Source: Basidiobolus meristosporus CBS 931.73
Lineage: Eukaryota > Fungi > Basidiobolomycota
Assembly: GCA_002104905.1 (NCBI GenBank)
Contig: MCFE01000431.1
Location: forward strand, 12,263 to 76,262
DNA length: 64,000 bases
Reading direction: 5' to 3'
In this document: one piece after another, positions 49,894 to 63,129 of the stretch
How the letters are laid out: each line of letters starts with the position of its first letter
How positions within the stretch are numbered: position 1 is the first letter of the stretch
Translations under genes and position numbers: made by a program
Notes under the pieces: model-generated
Told to the model about the DNA's origin: nothing
What the model saw: the letters and a program-made list of their open reading frames with translations, nothing else
Databases searched by the model: none

Positions 49894-50249
49894 TCTGCAT
49901 ATGCCACATGACATAATGTTTTTGGGTGGATTACTTGTCAGAGTCTTGAGCTTTTGTCCTTCAAACCTCAAATTTCTCAATCTTTCTTTTGTGAACTACA
50001 ATAGCAAAAGCAAAATAAAGAAATACATGCCATATTGATTTGGGATATTGTTGTTATAGAATACTTTCCACTATCACAGGACCCAATCCAGATCAGCCAT
50101 CAGGATTCTGTTTGGAGACCATCATAATACCAGCAGCTTGGAATTTGTGGCTCTCTTGACAATCTTATGACAGGATCACAACAGCATTTTGCTAATTTTA
50201 CTGCCAATTAAAGTTAAAAGACTTGACAGGGTTTGATTGGTGCTGTGAC

Positions 50250-52700
50250 AATAATAGAATGGCATTTTTGCGGTCTTAATGAGCTCTACAACTAGTTCAA
50301 ATGGATCTAGCCAGCCAGTACATCCAATTGCCTTATATGGCAAAAACTTGACAGTATTCTGATGGCCTCATAGCAAGTCTATGATGGTGTTATCACAGCA
50401 GTATAGTGGCCTACAGCTAGTTCTGAATAGTGTTACCATACCAATTCAGCAAGTGGTATTTCCTTTTTCTACCTCCTCTTGTGCAATTCATATACTCAAC
50501 TGTAGAATCACCCCACTTTGTTTGTTTATCCATTACTACCTTGAGTATTCCACATATAGCTCAAATCAAAAAAACTATGGCCTCCTGCTTACTAACTTCT
50601 ATAAATATGTGCATCTGTTGCAATTTACATACTTCTATCACCCCAACTTTACAGCTTTTTAGTATGATACTTGTAAAGTTGCCATATACCTTGTACTACT
50701 GGTAATATATATATCTTGCAAACATATGCTTGGATGCTGCCACTTCTGCCATCAATACCTCCTGAATATCTGCAGAGAACCTTTTGGTGTTTAGCAAATA
50801 TATTCCTTCTCCCTGCTGGATTTTAGTGCCCATATAGGTGCGCTCCAACTCTTGTTTGTGTGACTTCCATATTGTATGGTGTAGAAGTTGGCTTGTGGTC
50901 AAGAGAAGTCTGGAATACCTTGGTAGAGTTCTCATAATAAAAAATAGTAGCTTGTAGCACCCAACCCACCTTTGCATTACTTAACTGATTACCCATGCAT
51001 TGGGGATGCTTAGCTTCTTAATGCCATAGGTATAGGTGTCTCCATGTGCACATCTTTCTTCTGTATTTTTCCAACTCTTCCTGGCTGTCCTCCATGTGCT
51101 AACTCATCACATCCATGACCAACTTGAAGGTAATATTCTTGATGGGATTGCAACATGGCAGTACCTGTAACTTGACTTGTTTTCCTATCTCCTCACACAT
51201 CTGCTCCATAGGAAACTCCCAAAAGGTGAAGAAAGGCCCAATCTTCTCCACACACCAGGCAAGATGGAGTAGAGAATGGATACAGTAGCAGTAGAGATCT
51301 ATCCATTCAGCCTTATGTTTGTAGTATAGCCACTCAAATCCTGTTACAAACTCCTTGCACAACAGCTGTAGATGTGAAGTTGGCATTGATGATTGGCTTC
51401 TGAAAAAATATTCTTACAATGTCCACATATGACTCCCAATGCTTACAATGTAATCATTGTAGGAATGGCTTCTGAATGCTACTTGCATAAATACATATCT
51501 GGTTCATCCAGTCTTTGCATTTGTATTGTCACATATGCATATGAATATTGATTGGAGCCTGTTAGAAGTACCTAAGGGAGCAGACACTCTGTAATATCTT
51601 GCCAATTCTTTCAAATTTCTTTGGTATCTTAAAAGACTCATTTAACTTGAAATGCCCCATGAACAACTTGGTCAGCAGTATAGGGATATTGTTGAAAAGC
51701 AAATGCATTCCTCCCAGTGGAAAGCTTTTGCTCTAACAGATGCCCTCTATCTTTAGTATTGCTGGTTTCCAATTGGTTCCATATTCTTGGCCATAGCTCA
51801 TAACTTGCCAGCTTTGCTGTAATTGCATGCTGACTTCTGTATATTTTCTCTGTGGGAAGATGGTGTTTTAAGTGTTGGTGTGAGGGCAATAATAATGTGT
51901 GAGAGTTCTGGAGTATATTGCCTGGATTTCATACATTTGATAGCAATACTGTTGATTGTGCTCAGAAAAGATGGTTATCGTATTACTGGCTGGGGTGTCT
52001 CCAGTGCAGATAATAATATGCACTTTTACATGACAGCCATTTACTGTTATCCTACTGGAGAGCATACAAAATTCATCTAGCAATGGATACCGCTAGCTTG
52101 TAGGTTGGTCAGGGACTTAGGCCCAGATACCAGTGAGCCTGCCATCAGATTTTTACACTGCTACTATTAGATAGGTAACAGATTGAGGTTGATGAGAATT
52201 GATGGCTAGCAGGATTTGCTGGTAGAGTACTTGTTTAATGAGAATCCAACAAATACCAAGGCAAAGGCATGGTCATACATGCCTTCAAAGTAGCCCTTGC
52301 CTCTTAGCTGCTAGCAATATTTGCCATCAAATATATTGGATATGTTTGCACTTGATCAATACTGAATGTGGTGCTTTATAGCTTTGTAATACTTGTTAGG
52401 CTGCATGCTCTTATTTAGACAGGGTATTATCAGAATATATCCTCAGTGTGAGCAATGTTTTCCCTCAATGGTGGTGGATTCCTGACAATTTTGACATGTT
52501 GCAATGGTTGCATTTGCTGATATGAAAGCCAAGCAACTGTTGACACATGCAGGATTCAGGACAGTCTCTGGGTCATATGTTGCCAGCCGCATGACAGTTG
52601 TCCAATTGTACCATGTACATAGTAAGTTGCATCCAAGAATAATTTTGGCAAGAAGAAGCAATTAATCCTCAAAGCCCCCATTGCTGAAATTAGTGGAAAC
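50250..52700 (-). mobile_element. Degenerate CACTA/EnSpm (Transposase_21-type) transposase
   Basis: CVNSCLAF..CQNC, FDGKY..L, PSILINLNL, GDTPA...H..YC..YE, HSLLHL...GP...WEFPMEQMC. Many stops. Confidence 0.85.
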
Positions 52701-53008
52701 ACACCAATTCTTAAGCCACAACTTTATATCACTCACCAGTTGATGGATTACTGGGCTCACTTGGCTCAATAAAGTATTCTTGATAATTGTTTCAATGGGA
52801 GTTTTGTATTGCATATTAGGACTTGACCAAGCTTATGTGTGGTAGTGTTGTTAGTGGAGATAGGATCACAATCCATGGTGACAAAGACAGCCAGGTGCAA
52901 ATATAGAAGTATCAACTGGCCAGCAGGATAATGTTAGTACAGTAGTGACCAATGAATTGTCAAATATGATTTGGGTGGCAAAACACTGGCCATGATCCTT
53001 GTGGTAGT

Positions 53009-53648
53009 TGTTGTATCCAAGAGAAAGTGTAATAAAACTTCTTGAATGGTTTAACTGAACCAAAGGGACAATTAAGTGCAGAATCTTAGAATTGTCAGAG
53101 AGTGGCGGAAATATTAGCAGAAAGATTCTGATCTAATATTGGTCCTGGATATAGCTGAGTTGGCTATAAAGACAATGATATTTGTTTGCTAGGCAGGCTA
53201 GGCTTGGTGTTCTTTGGAGTGCTAGATATACTAGGCTTGGATAGAAACTAGAACGGAATTGTTGGATTCTTATTTTTGCTGAGACAGAATCTTAATTTTG
53301 TTGAGACAAACACTAAACCAAAAGGTTCAGTAAACTTTATTTATACTTTTCTGATCAAGTTGAATTAGTAAGCGCCAAGGGAATCATCAATCAACTGATG
53401 TCTTGGCAACTGCACCATGGTTGGATAGATCTCAGATGACTAATCACCTGGGAAGGCTTGGCAGATAGGTTGATAACGTAATGACCATTTGAAAATAGAT
53501 CAGGTGTGATAGCTAAAAATAGATTCTGAGGTGGGATAAAATAAGCTGTAACTGGGATTTGTTATGTTTGGGTTAGGGAAAATCAGTTAGGGTACTAGAT
53601 TTTCAGACGGAGTAAAATTGGCTAAGTTTTAAATGTTGATGCACAACA
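53009..53648 (-). mobile_element. Solo LTR, family B (640 bp)
   Basis: TGTTG..CAACA with a perfect 5-bp TSD GTAGT (53004-08, 53649-53). Confidence 0.93.
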
Positions 53649-54089
53649 GTAGTTCCTATGCTGTCTGCATGCTTCATGGCTGAGAGGCTTGCCACAATAG
53701 CTACATGGTTTTTTTTCTCTTCTCTTACAGCATTGGGCCAAAGTAGTCTTGTCCATTGGGCAAACAGTTTGACCTTCAACAACATAATGCTATTATATCA
53801 CTTTTTGGTCAATACTCATGTGAACATAAGACACTCTTGTATTTGAAACATTGCACCTACATGGATGTAAGATTCAATGATTACCTGCCATAATAAGCAC
53901 TATAAAAAAAGTTGTGGCACCACATACAAACATATATGTAGCACTGTTTCCCCTTTGGTTTGACTCACTTCCATATACATGCTGCCAAAAAATAAAGCAA
54001 AGTTGTCTGGTTGACAACCAAACCCCACCACTGATGGCAACAGAAGAACAGTTGGACAATAGCTTGCTTTGACATTCAGTGCAACAAGC

Positions 54090-55160
54090 AGGCTACATCC
54101 AAAAAAGGTCCTGTGGACAGAGTGCCCATTGAAGGTAATAATGCAGACTCCTCAGGCTCTCAGTCAAGTAGGCAATTGAGAACCTCTGCAGAGCCACAAA
54201 CTGACCATTATACTCAGGCAGATGAGAATGCAGCAAACGCAATACCCTCAGTTGAAGATCAGCAAGGGGCCATGATAACATCACCACCACTCATATTAGC
54301 AGGTATGTTTTCACCTCATACCAAAGCATCAATGAAGCAATTAGGTGCAGTGGCTGATAGGAGAGTTGCAATGGCCCAGAGAAATCAGGAAGTAGTTCAG
54401 AAACGGGATGAGCAGATAATATGTGTAGAGCAATCAATATCCCAGGTAGAGAAAGCAGTATCCTTGCTGCAAAGAAGGAACTCAAGTAGCTCAATGTCAC
54501 TGCCAAGAATTGAGTCATTTCCCAATGTAACAGCAGAGGAACACCATACAGTATTTGAAGCACAACAATAGAGCATAAAGATAAAGCCCACAGAAGAACC
54601 TATCACAGAGTGGGAGGGAGACAATGTGGTGTTTATACCAAAGCCAAAAAATCAAACAACATTAAAGATCTGTGAAGCTGTTGAGTGCAATAATGAAGAG
54701 TGGGCAAATATACAAGAGGCAGTCAGAGGTCTAGCATGCCATCACCTTAAGGCCAGTATACCATGGGACCATCAGAAACTCAAGGCCAAGCAGAATGCAC
54801 TTGACTTGTTCCATGAGCTTTATCCTGGATTCAAACAGGCAAACAGATTTTGGGCCAGCATGGCATGCTAAGAAAGTTTCTTAAGAATAGCTGAAACTAT
54901 CAAAGACAGAAGAACAAGGGTGTCATGGCTTAACACTAGCAGCTTCCTCAAGAGTCCGTTATAAGCAAGGCCAAAAGCTCCAGACAAGTGTCAAAGAGAT
55001 GTCAGGCAGCCGGAAGAGTGCCAGTTAGGAACAGGCAGGCAGACATGGATGCACCAGCACAACATTTATCAAGGAAAAAGCGTAGTACCACTCAAGAAGC
55101 ACCCAGTCAAAGTAGCAGTGAAGGACCTGGCATTGATAAAAACCAGCCGCTCTTACAGGA
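54090..55160 (+). mobile_element. Decayed accessory ORF, divergent from the CACTA transposase
   Basis: Chained broken ORFs 54113-54571, 54626-54871 and 54988-55160. CpG-depleted. Paralogous pieces at 38.4 kb and 63.2 kb. The TnpA-like role is inferred from position. Confidence 0.5.
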
Positions 55161-55166
55161 GCCTGT

Positions 55167-56224
55167 TGTAATGGGGTGATAGTGACACCCACTGACAGAT
55201 GTGCTCATTCCCCTATTTTTTACTTCCCTTTATCTCTACTACATTTATTTTAGTTTATCCCATTTGTCTTACCTGATCAGTGCTATCCCATAAGCCGGTT
55301 GACTATCACTCCTGCTTACCTTATTGCATAAGTTACCCTCACTTTATGTTAGATTACTAGCAAAAAGGGCTTCTATATTAGGCAAGTACCCGCACCAGTA
55401 CCCGTGACACATGATCAACCCATGTCACCATCCCTACCATTTCCATACCATATATGGTATCTCTATGTTGCACAGGTTTCAGAGTACTGCCTTCTGATTG
55501 GTTGGATGTGCTGTGCCTATTAGAACCTTCCAGCACCTAGTTAGAACACTCTTAGGTCAGTAAGATTTCTATTGATATCCAAAACCTTCTGGAACACCAT
55601 GAGTAGTAATCACTTAGCCAGTAAGAAAAGTATATAAGGGAGGTAATCCCTCAACAATAAGTCATTGTCCCTTTTATCAATATACTAACCTGTTGATTAG
55701 TGTGATCACTACTACCTGCTGCAACCTGAACTTCCAACTCCAGACCACAGTACACTCCCAGAAAACTGTGCTGACAGCTAACTGACTTTGGAGCCACTAC
55801 TTGTGAGGAATACTCAGAGTAGGTATCTTTTATTATATTTGATTCTTTCCCAAGTTTGTTCTTGTACAGGCAAAGGTACTTTTCTGTCTTTGTAACTTTT
55901 GACCACAGCTGCATTCTTATCAAGTCCCTGCTGGTGGAGTTTGCAGTTGTTTTGACTTTGGAAGCTTTAGTACAATGTCATCTCAAAGGATGCTGAGCCC
56001 AGCACATACTTTTGTTAAGACACAAACTTAGTTGGGGATTGTAGCTCAATAGTTTTCCCTTGACAAGCTTGTGGCCTTATTCCCCTTCACATTAGATTAG
56101 AGACAGAACCCAAGTATTCCTAGCAAGCTTTTACCAGAGGTTATTGCACCCAGTGAACACCCCACACACAAAACACTTGAGAAGTGTTGGACATATCTCT
56201 CCCTTGGACCTATACACCACCACA
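55167..56224 (+). mobile_element. Solo LTR, family D (1058 bp)
   Basis: TGTAATGGGG..CACCACCACA, 4-bp TSD CTGT, internal TATATAAG. Strand given is the common orientation; transcription direction is not established. Confidence 0.92.
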
Positions 56225-57900
56225 CTGTTGTAGTGGGGTGACAGTGACACCCACTGACAGATGTGGCCATTCCCATTTTTTCTACTTCCCTATATCTCTA
56301 CTACACTTATTTTAGTTTTATCCCATTTATTTTACCTGATCAGTACTATCCCATCAGCTGGTTGACTATCACTCCTGCTTACCTTATTGCATAGGTTACC
56401 CCTCACTTTATGTAAGATTACTAGCTATAAGTGCTTCTATATTAGGCAAGTACCTGCTGTGGTGGTGTAGAGGTACTCCTAGGAGAAGCTGCACAACTCA
56501 AGGTGTGTGAGAAGTCTGATGGGTGCAATAACCGCTGTGTCTAAATTGCTGGTGTCTTTGTCAATATGTCACTACGGTAAAAGCTCATGCTTCTCTAGCT
56601 TCCGAGGTGCTCCAAGTGTCTCCAAAGGCCTCTGTGTGTCTTGTGCACTACCCTAAAAAGCTCCATGATGGCAGGTCTGAGATGTACTGTTGAAGGCAGG
56701 TGCAGTGATCAACTGCTAATCAATAAGGGAGAAGTGTTACTGATAGAAGGGATGATTTATTGATGAGGGATTGCTTTCCCTTATATACTTTTCCTGATAG
56801 CCAAGTGATTACTAATGACAAGGTTCTAGAAGATTCTAGGTATGAGTGGAATTCTTGATGACATCACCATGAGCTAAAAATATGCCAAGAATGTCCTGGT
56901 AGGTTCTAAAAGGCACAGCATATTCAACCAATCAGGATTCAGTACTCTGAGACCTGTGCAACATAGAAATACCATATATGGTATTGAAATGGTAGGGATG
57001 GTAACACAGACCTAGGTCATCTGTCACAGGTACTAACGCAGGTACTTGCCTTATGTAGATACATATACTGATCACAAAGCTGAATAACATCTGGGATAAC
57101 TAATGCTAATAACTATTAAGGGTAAACATCATATGGGGATAATACTGATAATATGGGCAAAAGAAGAATGGGATAATACTGATAAGATAAAATATGGATA
57201 AGTATATCATAATGACTATATGAATATGTTGCAATTTAAGAAGTGATTTGGATATAAGGAACTTATCAAGAAATAGTGAATGTCAATCAGATCCCTACCC
57301 CAATCTGAATCACTATAACCATCAAATCTTTGCCTATTAGCTGCTCCAGAGTATTCCAGTACCATATTTATGGTACCTTGTAGATATCTGAAAATCCGCT
57401 TAACTGCTGCAATTTGATCTGATCCATAATTCTGCATGAATTGACTGACTATTCCAACTGCTTCTGCAATATCTGGATGTGTAGACACCATCAAGTACAT
57501 TAGGCTACCAACCATTGATTGATAGGGAAAGTTTTGGTCCATATTTGAGCCATTTTCATCTATAACTGGCTGAGATTTGCTTAATTTCAGATCATTGTCC
57601 ATAGGGGTTGCTGCAGGCTTGCAATTTTCCATTTTGAAGCGTCTAAGAATGTCCCTGATGTACTTAGACTGATTCAGCACAATTTTCTGCGTACGTATGT
57701 CAGATTTGACCTCAATTCCAAGAATATAGCTCAATTTTCCAAGATCTTTCATCTCAAACTTGCTGAAGAGATCTGATTTTGTCTGTTTAAGTTCCTCTTG
57801 ATCACTTGTAGCTATAATTAGGTCGTCCACATAAAGAACTAGGATGATCACACCCTTTTTGAGCTGTCTCACATATACACTGTGATCTGCAGTGCTACAA

Positions 57901-58980
57901 TGTAGTGGGGTCACAGTGACACCCACAGGCAGATGTGCTCATTCTTATGTGTTCACTTCCCTAAAAAGGATTACCCCGCCTATATTATTATCATCCCAAA
58001 TTTGCAATATTTCCTATTTCTGTCTATGTGATTATTACTATGCAACCTGACAAACTATTTGTCACTATTAACCCATTGCACAAGCTATTCCTATTCCTTG
58101 CCGAGATGCCAAGATAAGATAGTTACCATATAAGGCAAGTACCCCAACAGTGCCCATGTCATGTGACCATCTTGGCTTCATAACCCTCCCATCTTACTAC
58201 CATAAGAGGCAACCACATGACACAGAGGTTTCATATTACCACTACCTGATTGGCTAAGTGCTACTATGTCTCATGGAACAATCCGCCAAGAATTTGCGCT
58301 ATTTTTAGTACTCAATGACATGATTGGCTGTCTACTACCTTCTGGAAACTTCCGGAAAGTATTTTCTAGCGAGAATTTGAGCAGCAAAAAAGTATATAAG
58401 GGAGGCCATCCCTTAAAATAAATCATCCCTCTTCCAATATTCCGACTTATTGATTAGTGAGATCACCGCTACCTATTACCACTATTTTCTGACTCAGACC
58501 TGACGACACTCCCAGGAAACCGCGCTGACAGCCAACTGACCTTGGAGGCACTACTTGTGAGGAATACTCAGAGTAGGTATATTTTATTATATTTGTTTGT
58601 TTTCCCAAGTTTGTTCTTGTACAGGCAAAGATACTTTTCAGTCTTTGTAACTATTGGTCAAAGCTGCATTCTTATCAAGTCCCTGTTGGTGGAGTTTACA
58701 GTTGTTTTGACTTTGGAAGCTTTAGTACATTGTCATCTCAAAGGACGTCAAAGCCATTATAAACATTTGTTAAGACGCCAACTAAGTTGGGGATTGTAGT
58801 TCAATAGTTTTCCCTTGACAAGCTTGAGGCTTTATCCCCCATCACATTAGATTAGACAAAAGACCCAGTATTCCTAGCAAGCTTTTGCCAGAGGTTATCG
58901 CACCCAGTGAACACCCCACACACATTCACACTTGAGAAGTGTTGGCCGTATTTTGCCCTCTGGACTTATACACCACCACA
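57901..58980 (+). mobile_element. Solo LTR, family D (1080 bp), inside the copia RT
   Basis: TGTAGTGGGG..CACCACCACA, 4-bp TSD ACAA. Removing it restores in-frame GFSCSTADHSVY. Confidence 0.95.
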
Positions 58981-61865
58981 ACAAGAGAACCCAATTTCCT
59001 CTAGATATGTGTCAATCTTGTTATACCATGCTCAGGGTGGCTGCTTAAGCCCATACAACAGTTTTCTAAGTTTGCACACCTTATGGGGGCCTTTTGGATC
59101 GGTAAAACCTTCTGGTTGCTCCATATATATAGTTTCTTGCAAATCTTCATTTAGAAAGGCCGTTTTGACGTCCATTTGGTGTAGATGTAGACTGTGTACA
59201 GCTGCCAGGGCTAGAACTGTCCTAATAGAGTTGAACTTGGCAACTGGAGCAAATGTTTCCTTAAAGTCTAGTCCCTGGATCTGGGAATAGCCTTTAGCTA
59301 CCAATCTAGCCTTGTACTTATCAACGGCACGATTTGAGGTTATCTTGATCTTGTAGACCCATCTACATCCTATTGGCTTTCTCCCATTTGGTAAATCTAC
59401 CAGTTCCCATGTTTTTGCCTTGATCAGTGATTGCTACTTCTCCTGCATGGCTTGTTGCCACTTAGTAGCATCTGGACCTTGCATTGCCTGTTCCAGATTC
59501 TGAGGTTTGGCACATAAGGCTAGATAAGCTTCTTCATGATCATTGGATGTCTGCCACCAGGATCCAGGGGCATTTCTTATTCTGGTAGATCTCCTAACTG
59601 GGATAATCTGTTCTGATCTGGAACTGGTAGAAGTATCTTCCATCTCTGGCTGGATTTGGTACGTATCTTCTTCATTTGTATTGATTGCATCATCAGGCAG
59701 CTGGCCAATGATTTCCGTGGCTTTCTGATCTGAATTCTCCTCAAATACAATGTCCCTGCTCTTGATCAGCTTCTGAATTTTGCCATCATTCACTCTATAC
59801 CCTTTAGTATCTTCACAATACCCAAGAAAGATCCCTTTCCTACTCTTTGGTTCCAACATTGAGCGTTTTTTGTCAGGGATGTGATAAAAAACATCACTGC
59901 CAAAGATCCTGAGGTGCTGGAGATCTGGTCTTTTGCCTGTATATGCTTCAAAGGGTGTAGAATCACGTAGTGCTGTTGATGGGCATCTGTTCTTGATGTA
60001 TACAGCGGTAGCAACAGATTCAGCCCAAAACTTGTTGTCCATTCCCTTATCATGTAGCATAGATCTTCCCATCTCTACTATTGTTCTATTTGCACATTCT
60101 GCTACTCCATTTTGCTGTGGAGTATGAGGAACTGTGGTCTGTTGAAGTATGCCAGTAGACAAGCAGTATTTTGCAAACTCCTTTGAGCAGTATTCTCCTC
60201 CATTGTCACTCTGGAGTACCTTCAATTTACACCCAGTTTGTGTTTTTGCCATGTTCTTGAAGTGCTCAAATGTCTCTAAAGCTTCATCTTTTGTTTTGAG
60301 GAGGTACACCCATGTATATCTTGTCTTGTCATCAATAAACGTCATAAAGTATCTCTTGGCTCCAAAGGACAGTGTTCTCATGGGGCCACATATGTCTGAG
60401 TGTACAATAGCCAATATTTTGGAGGTATTGATGCCTTCTGAGCTTTTGAAACGTTGCCTAGCTTGTTTGCCATATGAACATCCCTTACAAACATTCAATT
60501 TGATTGGAATTGAGTATTTTAGGCCCAAAACAAGCTGTTTTTCACCAATTGGCTCATTTTCTGTTCCCCTATGTGTCCTAGCCTCCTATGCCACGTCTCC
60601 CAGTTGGTTTCATCAGTTTCAGCAATGTTGACATACTCAGGTACAATGATCTTGCATTGTAACTTGTATATATTGTGATCTCTGATTCCCAAAGCTAATT
60701 TTTGTCCATTTTCACTCAATATTGAGCAGCTCAGCTTAGTAAAAACAAATTTCAGTCCCTGAGTAGTTGCTTTACTGACTGAGAGTAGGTTCTTAGCTAT
60801 TCCAGGTACATAGAGTACATCAGTCAGTTTTGCTGTTGTTGCCCCTGAGTTATCACTCATATTTAGTTGTATAGACCCACTGGCAGTAGCTTCCAATGCA
60901 GAGTTATCTCCCAGATAAACCTTTCTTACGGGAATAGTCTTAAAGTTGCTGAACCAGTCCTTTATACCACAAATATGCTGTGATGCTCCAGAGTCAATAT
61001 ACCATTCAATACTTTGGTCACTTGCACTCTCTTGTACAGTTACAAATAACTGTTCATCAGTAGGTATATGGTTTGCCTGCTCTAGTTTCTGTTTTTTGTC
61101 TGCTTGTTTCTTCTTGCATTCTCCTGCCCAGTGTCCTGGCTTCTTACAGTAGTTACAGCAGCCAGGTTTTCTTTGGTTTTGTTGCTTTTCCTTTGTTTCT
61201 GTATGCCTTTCTGAACTGAATAAAGCATTATCTTCAATTTTCTCTGCTTGATCATTACGTCTGAGTTCTTCATGGGGAAGTCTCCCTTTGACATAGTCTA
61301 AAGTCAAGTTGTCTTCTCTGCTTTCAAAAGAAAGTATGAGTGGCTCATAATTGTCTGGTAGGCTGCAAAGCAGACAGAGTATATTTTCTTCATCATCTAC
61401 ACCAGCATTAATACTGTAAAGTTCTTCTGCAAGTGTCTCCATTCTGGTAATGAGTTGTAGCATGTCATCATCTAGCTTCTTCCTCATGATGAAGAACTTT
61501 TGTTTCAAATAAAGCTTTCTTGATACTGACTTTGCTCTAAAGATCTTCTTTAAGGATTCCCATGCTGCTTTGGCAGTATTTGAGGCATGGATTTGTCCAA
61601 TGAAGGAGTCTTGCACATTGATGCATATGGCATTGAAGGCCTTTCTCTCCTTCTCTTGAAACTTCTCCACATCTTCTGCTGTTCCTTTGGGTTCAACTTC
61701 CTTTCCTGTTACTATGTTCCAAAGCTTTCTTTCCTCAAGGTGGATCTGCATCTTGATTCTCCAAAGTCGGTAGTTCTTCCTATCAAACCTCTCCTTTACA
61801 GGGAAGATGTTGGTATTGCTTTGTTTGCTGGTAGAAGTCATCTTTAGAATAGATTAAGGCAATTG

Positions 61866-61877
61866 GAGCTCATAACC
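61866..61877 (-). promoter_or_regulatory. Primer-binding site complementary to the tRNA-iMet anticodon stem-loop
   Basis: GGTTATGAGC directly after the LTR-terminal CA, complementary to GCUCAUAACC. Confidence 0.85.
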
Positions 61878-63129
61878 TGTTGCAATATAAGAAGTGATTT
61901 GGATATATGGAACTTATCAAGAAATAGTGATAATAGTTGAACTGTTGTTTATTCATAAAGAAGCTCAGTATTTATACCTTTGTAGAAGTAATACAGCTGC
62001 AACACTAAGTAGGGAGGGTTTCTCAATATTCAGGAGCATTCTGTAACAGTTTCAGGATTAGTACATGATGTTTTGTAATAGTGCTAATTTGATTCTGACT
62101 ACAGGGGAATAATCATAAGATCATATATCTGGAGAAAGTGGCAAAGTTAAGGCAGTAAATGAGTCATACAGTGACTAAGACTAGTCTAGAATTGTTAAGT
62201 AAATTTTTAGCTGCTGAATGATACCAAAGAGTCCAATATTTCAACAGAATACCTTGTCTGTTGGAGGTATGTTTACCCTACCATACTGCGCCAGTTCCCG
62301 TGACACATGATCAACCTGTGTTACCATCCCTACCATTTCCATACCATATATGGTATCCCTATATTGCACAGGTTTCAAAATACTGATTCCTGATTGGTTG
62401 GATGTGCTGTGCCACTTAGAACCCTCCGGCACCTACTTAGAACATTCTTAGGTCATTCTGATGTCATTAAGATTGCTATTGATATCCGGAACCTTCTAGA
62501 ACACTATGATTAGTAATCACTTAGCCAGTAAGAAAAGTATATAAGGGAGGCTATCCCTCAACAATAATTCATTATCCCTTTTGTCAATATACCAACTTAT
62601 TGATTAGTGTGATCACTGCTACCTGCTGCTACCTGAACTTCCAACCCCAGACCACAGGACACTCCCAGGAAACTGTGCTGACAGCCAGCTGACCTTGGAG
62701 GCACTACTTGTGAGGAATACTTAGAGTACGTATCTTTTATTATATGATCCTTTCCCAAGTTTGTTCTTGTACAGGCAAAGATACTTTTCTGTCTTTGTAA
62801 CTATTGACCACAGCTGCATTCTTATCAAGTCCCTGCTGGTGGAGTTTACAGTTGTTTTGACTTTGAAAGCTATAGTACATTGTCATCTCAAAGGACGCTG
62901 AATCCAGCACATACTTTTGTTAAGACGCAAACTAAGTTGGGGATTGTAGCTCAATAGTTTTCCCTTGACAGGCTTGTGGCTTTGTTCCCCTTCACATTAG
63001 ATTAGAGACAGAACCCAAGTATTCCTAGCAAGCTTTGCCAGAGGTTATCAAGCCCATTGAACACTCCACACACTAAACACTTGAGAAGTGTTGGATGTAT
63101 CTCTCCCTTGGACCCATATACCACCACAA

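Larger units (their letters stand above)
57227..62246 (-). mobile_element. Near-complete Ty1/copia retrotransposon (family C)
   Basis: 5' LTR 61878-62246, PBS GGTTATGAGC, gag-knuckle-protease ORF 60519-61841 (WYIDSGASQH, WHRRLGH), integrase 59434-60528 (HSDICGP, SDNGGEY, QNGVAE), RT 59400-57290. RNase H and most of the 3' LTR are deleted (57227-57280 remains). TSD GAATA. Confidence 0.96.
56458..62285 (-). mobile_element. Diverged D-like LTR, inverted, split by the copia (56458-57226 plus 62252-62285)
   Basis: Begins TGTGGTGGTG. 56700-57050 is reverse-complement homologous to family D. Flanked by the CTGC TSD. Confidence 0.8.
56229..63128 (+). mobile_element. Family-D LTR split by nested insertions (56229-56457 plus 62290-63128)
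   Basis: The halves join to reproduce the 55167-56224 sequence. TSD CTGC at 56454-57 and 62286-89 marks the insert. Confidence 0.9.

Noticed and set aside
60519-60545. Programmed frameshift between the copia gag-protease and integrase ORFs
   Set aside because: Copia normally has one ORF. The element has other lesions (TAG at 59434, TGA at 59032, an insertion and a deletion), so a 1-bp deletion is simpler.
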